This document shows, in pieces, positions 47,549-60,299 of a DNA stretch of 64,000 nt. The translations under genes and the position numbers were made by a program. Under the pieces are notes generated by a model. That model worked only from the letters and a program-made list of their open reading frames with translations. It did no database searches and was not told the origin of the DNA. Positions within the stretch are counted from its first letter, which is position 1, and every line of letters starts with the position of its first letter. This DNA is from Azolla caroliniana (lineage: Eukaryota > Plantae > Polypodiophyta), in assembly GCA_043228905.1 (NCBI GenBank), contig JBHGNT010000021.1, positions 310,001 through 374,000 on the forward strand. The letters are read 5' to 3'.

Positions 47549-47685
47549 GGAGGAGAGAGGCCTGGAGCTGTGTAATGTATGTATGTATGTATTCTGTTTT
47601 CAATGAGAGGCCGCTACTGTTTTCTGTAATGTATGTATTCTGTAATGTAATGTATGTATGTATTCTGTAACGTAATGTATGTATG
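47549..47685. repeat. (TGTA)n-rich low-complexity repeats upstream of purD
   Basis: tgtaatgtatgtatgtatgtattctg repeated four times with variation. Confidence 0.7.
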
Positions 47686-47699
47686 GAATTTACCCTCCT

Positions 47700-48800
47700 A
47701 CAGAGAAGAACTTTAATGGGCTTACCTGGGATTGGGCTACCATAAAAAGGGCATACAATCGCTTTGACAAATGACGACAATGGGATGATGAAACCTCCTG
47801 AAGCAAAAGAAGGCATTATGACATGAAGGTCATTGGAATGAGTTGGACGAACCAGCAAGAGGCACGACAATTGATGAGGTAATGAAGATGGCGTGAGACC
47901 TGGAAATAGCCTAGGTGATGATGAGTAATCGTGAACTTCCTCTCCTCAAGATCGGTTGACCACCTTCGTAATAAGGTGTATGTGGAGTGATTGACCCGAA
48001 CCACCAGATCAAGGATTATGTAGAATTCCAAGAGGCTCGCATCAAAATGTTGTTTATTTACAATCCATTACTCCACAACGCACGTTAAGGGGGGATGTCG
48101 AATAGGTAAAGAGATGCTAGCCCAAGGGCGATAAAGAGCATGAGTTATGGTCATCTATCCTTAGGGAGTCTTACAAAGGGGAAGCTCCAAAAGGACAAAG
48201 TGGACGAGGCCGTGGAAAGACCCTGTGGCGGAGAAGACTGGCTTGGTAGAAGTCGCGTGCCAAAACTATGATGTTTTGTTTGTAAAGAAAAAAGTGAGGA
48301 AGGACGACGAAGTTAGGCCCTCAATTAAATATAGCACTTGAGACACTCAAAGAAAGGAAGGGTTGGTCTTGTCCTTAGCATTCAATGAGAGGGGAAAAGA
48401 AAGAGTTGGACTAACCTTCAAGCTCTACTCCAAAATAGAGCAAGCGATGAACATCAAGCAGGCGATAGAGGAGAGGATCCTTCACAATCGCGTAGAGTTT
48501 ATTCTTCAAGAGATCATTGGTATAGCCAAAAGAGAATTCCACGATTGTTATTATAAACTTGACAAAGAGAAAGAATTCCTTGAACCAAGGTTTTCTCAAA
48601 CCAGGGTTTCCTCAAAGCAAACATTTCTTCGAAGTAGAAGCTTTCCTCTAATTAGGAATATTCTTGAACCAAGGTTTGCACAAACTAGGATTCCTCGTAT
48701 CGAATTCCGTCGAAAGAGATGTTACTCAAAACGGGGATACACAAGGGCTACCCGTTGTCTCCCAACATCACATCCTCCAGAGTCCAAGTACTAGAACACA
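47700..48800 (+). mobile_element. Decayed LTR-retrotransposon remnants (PPT/LTR-like junction, gypsy gag-pol piece, 15-bp repeats)
   Basis: aaggggggatgtcg at ~48087; FKLYSKIEQAMNIKQAIEERILHNRVEFILQEIIGIAKREFHD is a gypsy-like segment; repeat shared with 26830-26945. Confidence 0.45.
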
Positions 48801-49940
48801 CACGCGTTTACATGACAACAGTAGGTGTTCATGTGGAATTTCATGGAAATAGGCATAGCATGCCACTGTAAAGAAGTCCTCTATTGATTTGCAAAGTTTC
48901 TTGTAATTCCAAATACATATATCAAGGATGAAAATCTAGTAGTTTAATAAACAAAACTACATTTTTACCAAATAGTTGAGTTTTCTTCATAAATGTTTTT
49001 TATGTTTTTGTTATGATGTGCACATTCTAGTCTAGTCTCTTCTACATTTATCTCTATTATATCAATACATTTGAGGATAAGAGGTGAGGCATCATAATGT
49101 GTAGTGTATGCAATATTTTATGTTTTAGGATGAGGCGTTGTGTTCTAACTAGATTTTTGTTGGGTTTTTTTTATGGAACTTTAATGGCATAAAAGTGCAT
49201 CATATGCACAAGGAATTTTGAGTCATTCCGACAAATTTTCCAAGATGTAAGGCTTTCATCCTTTGTGGCCATTTTTCAACATATACCCCTTGGCTTGCTC
49301 CACTTCTTTTGAATACAACTTGTTGTAATGCTTTGTTCTTGCAAGCAATCATGAATGCATTGAAACTATGTGCTTCAAAGCAACCATGAACATCAAACCA
49401 AGTTGTTCTCATATATTTTCATTTCATAATGTAGACTTCTTATAAATTGATATTCTTGTAAGGTTCTTCACATTCTTTAAGCATTGTTAACAAAAGTTAA
49501 TGGTATATTGAAGTTCAATCTCCTTTGTCATTACAAATATACAATCATATAGTATTTTGGTGTATGCTAAAGAAGGGATTAATTTGTACTAAGTAATATA
49601 ATCACAAGGTATGATTATTTGCTTCCGAGTTTATATGGAGCACACAACTATGGTTGATTGTTAGATGTGTATTACTTCTGATTTTATCAATTTCAAAAAC
49701 ATAGATAATGGCATCATAAGTACATGTATATTGACAAGAATATTTGTCGAAGGGTTGACCATACTAGTCTAGACCGAAAGGTCTTTGAGCTTCGCAAAAT
49801 ACTCTCAATAAAATTCCTTGTCTAACTAACGATCAGAAGTATCAATGATCTACCTTCTTGGTAGATAGATTATCTCAATGTCAATATAATATATGTATTG
49901 TATATCAAAACTGTTATGAAATCTGTTGACCACTGCTCCA

Positions 49941-50054
49941 TTTGATGCCTCGATTCGATGAGTCATCGATAGATCGAGTAACAGCAACATATAGAGTACC
50001 AGAAGAATTTTACTCCCCCTTAATACCTTACCTTCTGACATTTATATACAAGGT

Positions 50055-50101
<47 letters not shown>

Positions 50102-50500
50102 ATGCCTCGATTCGATGAGCCATCGATAGATCGAGTAACAGCAACACATAGAGTACCAGAAGAATTTTAGTCCCCCTTAATATCTTACCTTCTGACATTT
50201 ATATACAAGGTGTGTATGTGTGTGTGTGTGTGTTTGATGCCTCGATTCGATGAGTCATCGATAGATCGAGTAACAGCAACACATAGAGTACCAGAAGAAT
50301 TTTAGTCCCCCTTAATATCTTACCTTCTGACATTTATATACAAGGTGTGTATGTGTGTGTGTGTGTGTTTGATGCCTTGATTCGATGAGTCATCGATAGA
50401 TCGAGTAACAGCAACACATAGAGTACCAGAAGAATTTTAGTCCCCCTTAATATCTTACCTTCTGACATTTATATACAAGGTGTGTGTGTGTGTGTGTGTG
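49941..50500. repeat. Four-copy tandem array: ~112 bp hairpin-containing unit plus a (GT)n tract
   Basis: Units start at 49941, 50098, 50233 and 50368; near-identical except for GT length. Confidence 0.95.
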
Positions 50501-50535
50501 TATTCATTCTCTTGAAGCAGTACTCAATTAAAAAG

Positions 50536-50637
50536 ATAGCCTATAAGATCAAGGAAAAATGAATTTACTTGCTGGTATTTAAGATGCCAAAATAGCCTAT
50601 AAGACCAAGGAAAAATGAATTTACTTGCTGGTATTTA
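50536..50637. repeat. 46-bp tandem duplication
   Basis: atagcctataaga(t/c)caaggaaaaatgaatttacttgctggtattta at 50536 and 50592. Confidence 0.85.
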
Positions 50638-50935
50638 TCCATTTATAACAAGAATCTAAAGAATGAAGCCAGACGAATTCTACTGGCTTTATATCACTGA
50701 AATACAAAGGGATAAAGTTCCGCCCAAAAACTCCCATACCCTATATGGCCTAAGCATGATCCTATTCTACTACATACATATATTGTACAACCATGCTGTG
50801 CCATATAGGGAAGGGCTATACACACATCCCTGCTTTGGAAGGCAAGGAAGTTTTTGTCTTGCTGAGCCAGATAACTGTACAAGGCTTTACAAGATAAATT
50901 TCTCTAGATGGTCAAGGGTGAATGAATTCATTCAG

Positions 50936-53900
50936 TTATAGAAACATCTCGGGATCCGATTCAGGAGGTGGACCAGAATGCTTCTCTTCTGATTCTCTCT
51001 TGTGTTCTGGGTCAAGACTGTCAAGAAAAAGTATACATAACTTAAAGCATCACCCAAGAAAAAGCACACTTAAAACCACAGCCCAAGAGAAAGCATAAAT
51101 CATAGTCAAAGCCCCACACTCCCCAAAAAAGCATATAGCTTAAATCAAATAAGATTACCTGTTTTGTACCCCAAGAAGAGCACAATGTACAGCCCCAACA
51201 GCTGCTGCTGCTGGTGCAACTGCTGCTGCAGGAGCAGCTCTCAAGGCACTCGCAACAGCTGTGCTAGTACCCGCCCCCCTCTGGTATACCTTCACTGGAT
51301 TACCTATCAACGAGGATGCAGTCCTTTCTAATCCACGAGTAAGGCTTTCACATGCCTGAAAATAAAAATTATAATATTAAAGATCCAGTCAAGATTGTAA
51401 CTACTTGAATCAAGGCTTCAAACATGTTTTATTTTATAGGAAAAACCTGCTTAAGGCCTTCCCGTACGTCTCCTGGTTGGCTCAGCTTTGCTGGCGTCTC
51501 CACTTTTTCTACAGAGTTTGAAAGACCCACAGACCCGAGAGCTGACTCTGTTTGGCGTAGAAACTCATGAGCCCCAGCTGCTATTTGCACTCCAAGTCCT
51601 ACTGCCTCAAGAGAGATGCTTCGTAGGAATGCCATAGCACCTGCGATTCATAAGCACCCAAAAATAAAATTGTTTTTAAATACAGCCATCTGCAATGGCT
51701 GAAGAGATCCAAACCACAAATGCAACAGACAATTGTGACTCATGGTGAAAAAAATAATAGAAAAATAAAAAGTTGTTCCATGTAACTAACTGACCTAAAG
51801 TCATATGGACAGCTAAAATGTATGAGAAAGAATGAAAAGATGTTCTTTTATTAGACTTTCTTGGCTCAAGTGAGATACTTCGCAGGAATGCTATTGCACC
51901 TGTGCACAGTTATTCAAAAAATAGAAACAATAAAAACCTGTTTCATGTGATATCTGACCGATAGTCACATGGACAGCCAAAACAAATTGAGAAATCACCA
52001 GGGGATGCTATTTTTTTATTAATTTTCTTGGTCTCAGATGAGATGCTTCACAGAATGCTGTATCACCTGTAACTAATCATCCAAATAGTGCCACTTCAAG
52101 ACAAATAACAAAATTGAACCAATAAAAAGTTGTTTCATGGAACTAACAAAATTTTGGTAATATGGATGGTCAAGAAAAATGAGAAAGAAGCAGAGGCTGG
52201 TTTTCTTCACATTAAGTTTTAGTATATTTCTGTTCTTCATGGTTGGCAAAACATTACACATGAAAAAACATGCAAATCTCGAGTTTATAAAAATCACAAA
52301 AAAGATATAGCTAGATTATCCTTCAAACAAGACTAGCAGCTTTGGTTGTCATAATATACGTGCAAAAAAGGTGAACCAAAAAAAATTCAAACCTTTTCTC
52401 ATTCCTCGCAGCAGACTGCGCCGATCTCTTTTATAGTGTTCCGCTGGCAGAACAACAAGTTTAGCTGCACCAGATCCCATGGCAAATAAAGGTCGTATAG
52501 GACCAAGCCCTTTAAGAAGTTTATGGATCTACATCACAAAAAGCCAGAACAGTGTCAGGTTGTTTAATGTATCTAATGATTTATATAGAGATGATCAAAG
52601 CTGAAGCCTTACCTGGTTTCGGGATATATCTTCCAGCCACTCTCCTACAATTACACCAGAGAGTGTTCCCCAGCCATGTACTCCTAAAGCTCTAACATGC
52701 TTCAAATCAAGTTCAATTCCCTACATTGGTTAAAATCCAATCATTTATCTTATTAATACCATCCTCTTCAACACAGACAAATCAATAATAATAATGTTGG
52801 GGTTCATTCTACCTTCCATGAGACTAAATTAAATAATTCAGCATAATTTCCTCCTCGAAGTGCTCCAATATCTACACGTCGAGGAACATAATCAACCCTG
52901 ATACTAAAAGGTTGCAGCTCACACATCTGAAAGACAAGCATTTCCATGCATAAGACTGAGAATCATGAGGAGACAAGAAGTACACACTTCTTATTAGTAA
53001 GATGCTATAACGCAGTTACCTGAAAGAAAGGAAGCAGTGGTTCTTCAGCAGCCTCGGGCATCTTTTCATCAAAGACCAAACCATCCAAACCAGCTAGATG
53101 CGGAGAGAAAATCTCCTCATAACCTAAATGTAGCTGTTGTGGTGACATTGAAGGAGAAGCTGAGAAGAAATTTGTAAGAAAGTCAAGATGTCGTTGATCA
53201 AGGTGCAAGAGTATTGGTAATAGCTGCAAAGACAACCTGAATGGAATAAAAATTTAGCAATCAGATGAGAAAATATTTATCGTTAAAATTAATAGCATAC
53301 AACGATTCTTAAGTTGCACAATCTTACCGGTACTCTTCTAATGGAACTGTAGGCTCTGGCCTCACAGACTCCAGCTCTAGCTTTAGTGCTTTAGCAGATG
53401 ACTCGCGCGGGAAGGATTTAGAACGGTAGTATCCCAAAACCTTCACAATCAAATCCTCGATTAGTAAGTCCAGAAATCTCTTGAATATGAGAATACTGAA
53501 AATGTAGAAATACCTTTTTCCATGGCGCATCCTTACTGCAGTCATAAATACGAACATCTCGAATGCTCAAAATCATCCTCGATGCAACATCTCCAGTTTC
53601 AGGGAATGCATCATATTGGAGATCTAAACCACTGCAAATCACTTCCAAACATACCCCCACTTGCCTACCTTCACGAGCTTGGCTAATAACCCAATCAGAT
53701 CCCCCATATAACCTCCATCTAAGATTCAAATCTTGCAAAACCACTCTACCTACCGACTGTGGATATTTGGATGGCAAATCACGTCTCTTCCTTGAGCTAT
53801 GAGACAGGCTTCCCCTTTGGTTCGTGGACCGGTATTTCTCACTCTCAATTGGCACATGATTCTCTAGAACCTTGAAACTATGGCCATCATACCAACCTCC

Positions 53901-56900
53901 ACTCCCCTCAACTGCAATCACCATGTCAAAATCATCTGCACAATGTTGGGAGTTGTGTGAGCCCTTCCAGCTAAAACTTGGGGAAGACAAAGGAGATGAC
54001 TTCTTTGCAACATAATAGTCCTCAATAAATGATGGTGCCTCATTCTTTTGTGATGTAGGTGTCCAATAATCCTTCATTTCTCCACCATCTCGAGATGAGT
54101 GATCCAAAGAGCTGCATAGGCTCTCATCTGCTCCATCATCACTACTAAATTCTACCTTCCCAAGCATCTCAAAAGTTTCTTCTCTTCTATTTGCCAGGTT
54201 CACACAATCACCTAAGCTAACAGCTGCATGCAAAGGAGTATCATCAGCAAATGCAACGGCATCATCTGAAATCCCTTCAAAAGCTACTTTCTTTTCACTG
54301 AAAGAACCTTTACTCTGAATTCTATCACTACCTGTTTGATTTTCAAAGGACTCCCAGTCAACCCCATCCTCTGTATCATGCTCGCACTTTTTTCCTGTAG
54401 AAATATGCCCCACCTCTGGTGCAAATAATTGTTGCAACTGGGCAATAAGTCTACCCAATGCAGCAGTAGTGTCATGGCATGTATCAAGTCGCAGTTGATT
54501 ATTTGCACACTCCACCTCCCACTTAAGACCCTCTTCACTGTTTATATGCACAACAGCTTCCATGACAGCCTCTCCAGCCACCTTTACATAACCCGCATGC
54601 TGCAGAGATTCAGGTGTGTAATCTAAAGATCTGTTTTTTCTGAATGTTGTATCAGCCAGGAGAAGGGCAACATCTCTCAGCCAAATTTCATAATCTTTGT
54701 TGATAGTATTTGATATAGCATTACTTGAAACACGCACAGCTGCGGCAGCTATAGCACATGCAACAGGAGAAAACATATCCATTTCAGCAGATGGATCTTC
54801 TGTCCTTGCTCTAAGTTTAGCTGCAGATACAGCTTCTTTACCAGGCTCGTAGCATAACGCTGCATCATGCAAATCTAGAGAAAACAAGACACAGTTTTCA
54901 CCAGCAGAAGGTGCAACTTCTGGCTCATATACAGCTACTTGAACCTTCCAAAGTTCTGTTGCTGGCATTCTTGAACAAAATTTCTCGTTCACAACATCAT
55001 AAGACAGCTCCTGATCTGCAGGTTGACTAAAAAAATCAATTAATGCAGACAACCAATCTAACCGGCCTCCATGTGCAATAAATGTGCAGCCTCGAATAGT
55101 AACCGTTATTAACATGTCTTCTGCATGTTCACCACCAGACCAAGCTATGGTTGATACTTCTAAACCTGCAGACCTTGTAGCCAATGCATTTCCTCCTCCT
55201 CCATCACCCCGCCCAAGTACATCATTATGGCATGTCAAAAGCGGAAGTTCTCTGGTATTTTCTTCTAGTAGTGAACCCTTGATAGAGGCACTTTCATGGT
55301 GCAGCCAGAAATAGTTGGCATTCTGAATCATTCCTATGTGCATAACATGCAGCAGCTGAAATCTGGTAAGATCAATCATGAAGTTGCTCCATGGACTGTT
55401 GCTTTTCATCTCTGAAGATACAGACCCTGTATTTGGCCCAATTACTCGAGATTGAACCATGATTTCCACCTCTAGAACATCAATTGCTATTGATATTTGA
55501 TCATAATCCTTCTGGGAAGTTTTGCTAGATTCAGGTGCCTTGAATTTTATAGCCTCTGTAAATGCATTGAAAAACTCACTTAAAAAGTATGCTTGCAACT
55601 CACGAAGTTCAACTTTTAAACAGGGGATAACAACGTGCACATGTGTCGATGAAAATTTTCTGATGTCTTCACGTATCCTCTCATTTTTGGCATTGACTGC
55701 CTCTGTAGCAGTTGCTGCTGCGAATTCAGGGTTTGTTTTTCTGCCTCCCATCCCTCCTTTCTGCTGCTCTGTAACACCAATCCAGGCTTGTTCGGCAAGC
55801 CTTGCCCCTCCAGATGTTTTGGATCGACACAGCATCTCCACAGTAGCTAATTTAGAAGAATCCAATGAAACGTTTAGAAAATCTTGGGCCTTAAAACTTA
55901 GGTCAGCCTGTTTTACAGAGCCTTCAAGACTTACTGAGGGTGAAACAATATAAAACGTGCTGTGTCTGAAAGCCAGATTAACAGAGCAAACACAGGCAGG
56001 GTCACTTTGATTGAGCACACTATCTGGAAGTTTGAGCTTGAATAATGGCACATGCATACTGTCTATAGAGTTTGATATATCAACACACAGGATGTGGTTT
56101 TTCAACAACTGTGATACTGGAGAGTGAGGAGCTGTAGCTAGAAGACGTAAACTTGGTATATGTATGTCCAGCTGTACACTACTCCTTGTCAATACAACTT
56201 CAGTAGGACTAGCATTTGTCTTTACGTTATTATGACCATGACCAATAACAGCAGACAGTTTCTGTAATTTGTTGATCAATGAAGCATCGATCCATACTAT
56301 CAATGGTTGAGAATGAATTCTAATGTTGGTGTTCTGGACCATGCCACCTATCTTATCTCTTGCAGGACAAGAGAATTCATGCTCTATACGGCATTGGATG
56401 GCTGGAATTTGATTTGAAAATCTCAAGAAACATTTTTTTGTCATAGCACTAGCATTTGCCAGGTTCCTATTATTGCAGAGGGAAACAGGATATATTGGTA
56501 GTGATTTCTCTGTCAGCGCCTGCAGTGATTGTCCAGATGAGCTTATCAATACAGCGTCACACAGACCAATATCTTGATGTTGATACTTTATCTCAAATGC
56601 TTCAATTTGGTTTGCTGTTAGTTCAAACAACAATCGCTTCTGAGAAACCTGAAAGAATAGGGTTTGATCATGTATTGCTACAACAGATACAATAGCCTGA
56701 AAATGCCCTATAATGCTGACATTTACCTGTATAGAAATACCAATATCTGAAAAGACTGCCTCAATGTGATCATGCCTCGAATAATCAGCATGTACAGTTA
56801 CAGATTCAGAGAGCCAAGACACTAAGGATTTTCTATCCTTAGTGCCAGGATTGGCGATCCCTCTTTCCTCCTTGGTGGTCCCTTCTTTCAAAATAATAGA

Positions 56901-59590
56901 TATCCCTCTTGCCTTAATCTTGAAATCATACTCCACCTGTCTAGCTGCGTCTATTTCATGCAGAAAGAGATGAATATTCAATAACAAACTACCTCTCAAA
57001 CAATTCAGCATATAATTCTAATAACCAACTTAGCTTATGTACCCTGTGGTATTAAAATTGAACCAGAAGCAAGACTGGATGCCGCTGTGATTGCATTGAA
57101 TGCTGAGCATGTCCACGTCCATAGTCCACTTCCAGTGAGACTTGCCTGTGTGCTCCTTGTGCCATCGAAACAATCGAAAAATTCTTCGGTGCTGTACTTA
57201 GACAAAGCCATAAAAATACGACAACGGCATGAAGTCAAGCGTATAGAAAATTCATCAGTCTCTAAGACACCAAGATTCAAGAGGATGAGAATGAAATAAA
57301 GCTCCGAAGGATGCTTTTAGATAGAGAAAACAACACCTCCCACAAGGGAATTTACAGCCATAACCAAATAGTGTTTAAAGGAACCAGCACAGGTATGTAT
57401 ATGCTATATGAAACGAATTAATGCATGAATTTAGCTATTTCTATTACAAATGCATTCTTAGATATGCAGTATATCATAGTATCTCCTCTCAAGATTGACG
57501 GCAAAGTCTAGCACAAGAGACATACGCCAAGGATTTTGACTTGTGACCAATCCTTTTCCTTGAGAAAATCATAAGCTTGAGAAAGTAACAAGTATAGATG
57601 TAGCTAATTTAAAGCTCTCTGTATTTTCCCACATCATAGAATAGTTAAGTCCCGACCTAATAAAAGATAGTGGAGTTTCCCAACCTATGTAAGCCAGAAT
57701 GTGAGGATCTCCTGTTTTAATCTCAAAGTAGTATATTTCGAGTTTACACTCCTAAATTATTTGAATGCAATCTATACTCTCTAACGATTCGAGTTCATAT
57801 AAAATGGGAGAATGTCTTTGTTCACAACTTTAAATCAATGGAGGTAGAAGATTTGAGATTTTACCTTGCAGCAAAGTCAGCTTCAGACATGGCTTCTTCA
57901 TCTCTGAACTTGTCTGGATCTATCCAATGCACCCAATCAGATATCAATTTTGCCTCAGGGAGAATACTTGACCTAGAAATTTTGCTCTGAAGCATGGCTG
58001 GATCATAAGCAGGTGCTTCCTTGGCAGACATACCATTGTCATATTCTTTTATTACAGATAAACAATCCTTACTCTGACTGCATCCACTTCCATCATAACC
58101 TTGACAAGTTGCCTTATTGGCATCACTATCACACTCTCCATAGGAACTGACCAAACCCATAAGCTGCTGAATTTGGTCCCCAGTGAATTGTAAATTAATA
58201 TTCGAGATACTTACATCAGCATCCAATTTTAAAATGTCCAAGCAACCATTCTTCCAGGGAACACTCAGCTTTATGAATCCTGACAAATCCTCATCATTCT
58301 GCAATATAGAAACCGGTTGTCCAAAGACCCTTCTACTTCCAGCTATTGAAATAGAGCTATCATTCTCATCATCAACAACATCCAGAAGCTCAAGAGACAT
58401 TTTCTCAAAACTAATGGAATTTGTCAGAAGTAATGAGGTACCACTAGAAAATGGATCTTTCCCATTCTGAGTGCTTTCATGATCTGAGGAGTAATTTATG
58501 CTATATTCACCACATCCAATTCGGAGAACAAGCATATCATGCTTGGATTGCCCGATTTCAGTGGACCCTTCAAATGCAACTATTGCATTCCGAACACTTA
58601 CGTGCATGCCAAGAAGCAAGCTTTCCACCAAATTCGCAACCACTCTCACTCCTTCTTGTACGGGCAAGTAAGTGTTAGCTCCACCATATCCTACTCCTCC
58701 CCACTCGCTCTCAAGTGATCCAATGTTCTGCGATTCAAACAGACCCTCGTTAAGATTCACTGTTTTCTTCTTCTCGAAATCACATTTCTTGGCAGATTTC
58801 CGAGGAGCAAAGACGAGTTCAACTCCATCCAATTCAATATCGATTCTGGGGGGAACATTCCATTGCAATTTCAGGGTTACACTCCCCAAAGATCCTTCTT
58901 TTAATTCAAAAGATAAATCAGAAAGCTGCAAAGGGGAAGGGAGAGTTAGACAAATTAATCGAGAACAAAATTACAAATTTCTGATGATAACCCTAAGAAC
59001 GAGAAGAATTAAAACATAATATCAAGGGCATGGCTCCTCCCTTCAATTGCTTATAATAATTCGACAGCTATGAAGGTGCTAGATGTATTTATTTATTTAA
59101 TTGAAACACCAAAAAGAAAGTCAGAAAAATACAGGGGTTCTTCTTTCAATTTCTAATGAAAATCCAAAAGCCTATAAAGGGAAGATTAGACAGATGAAGA
59201 ACACAATAACATAAAATCAAATCAAATCCACAAATGCTTCCTTCAATTTCTATATATATTATATAAGACAGGGGGAGGAAACTGATTAATCAAAGAAATT
59301 GATAATAATAAGAATAAAGAAAATGAATGAATAAAATATTCAGATTCATAATGAAAGGAGACACAAGGAGATCTGATGAGAGAGAGAGAGAGAGAGAAAG
59401 GCAATGAATGACCCACCTGAGTATTGATGTGGTCGACATCAAGTGCGACATCATTGAGTTGGGCGAGGCCGAAGGCGAGCTGCACGTCCAGCTGCTCCAG
59501 GTCCAGTTCCCCTCTCAAGTACCTCCCTAGGCGCTTCTTCAGCAAGAACTTGAAGAGACGCCTGGTCGCCCATTGCGTGAACATCATCAT
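50936..59590 (-). CDS. ATG2: Autophagy-related protein 2 (lipid transfer protein)
   Basis: Exons 59590-59417, 58925-57865, 57191-57043, 56950-56727, 56648-53514, 53440-53328, 53236-53020, 52926-52813, 52720-52613, 52528-52393, 51640-51447, 51355-51159, 51017-50936 splice in frame. Chorein-N ([26 protein letters not shown]), LDTCHDT (CAD-like), [58 protein letters not shown]. Confidence 0.95.
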
Positions 59591-60299
59591 CTCCTCCTGT
59601 TCCCCCTTCTGCTTTTGCTTTTTCACTTGATTCTATCCTCCGCTTTCTCTGCCCCGTTCTGTGCCCGCCTGCTCAGCCCACATCAAGATCCATCATGGGT
59701 GCTTTTTGTTTAGACCCAGAACGGAATTCCCCAGCGAAGGGAGAGGAAGAAGCTTTCCAGAGGAGAGACAGAGGAGGAGGGGGGGATTGCAATCTTTCTT
59801 AGAGACAAGAAAAAGGGAAAACCAGGTTTCTTCTATATTTTATATATATATATATATTAGAACGCAAAGCACAGCAATAATTGAGCTTTTAAACGGAAGA
59901 GGGGGGGGGTGTATTTACAGAACAGAAACAGAAACAGAAACAGAGAATAGAATGAGAATTATAGAAACGACGACAGTCATAGATAGATATCTCATATACT
60001 GTAGTCTATAGATATTTGAGGATGAATAAAATGCTACATAATAAACACCCCTCCTTTTTATGCTTACAGGTTTTACCCCCCCACCAAAATTTATTCTTAT
60101 TTGATTGGAGTTATTACATTACATATGGAAGTAATGCGAGTGGATTACAATGCAATGAGAGTGTGCTTCGATCCAACTATGTATGTAATGAGATCCAATG
60201 AACCCCGCGAAGGCATTAGGTCCAACATCCTCGTGCACTACTCTAATTCAGGGCTTATCATGATCTTCGGGGGAAACAATCCCTACAAAACACTTCTTC

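Noticed and set aside
49200-49412. Short ORF resembling a transposase remnant
   Set aside because: Flanked by stops, with no diagnostic catalytic motif identifiable by eye
49941-50500. CRISPR array or hammerhead reading of the hairpin repeat
   Set aside because: The spacers are GT microsatellite rather than unique sequence; the core reads TCGATGAG...GAGT, not CTGATGA...GAAA
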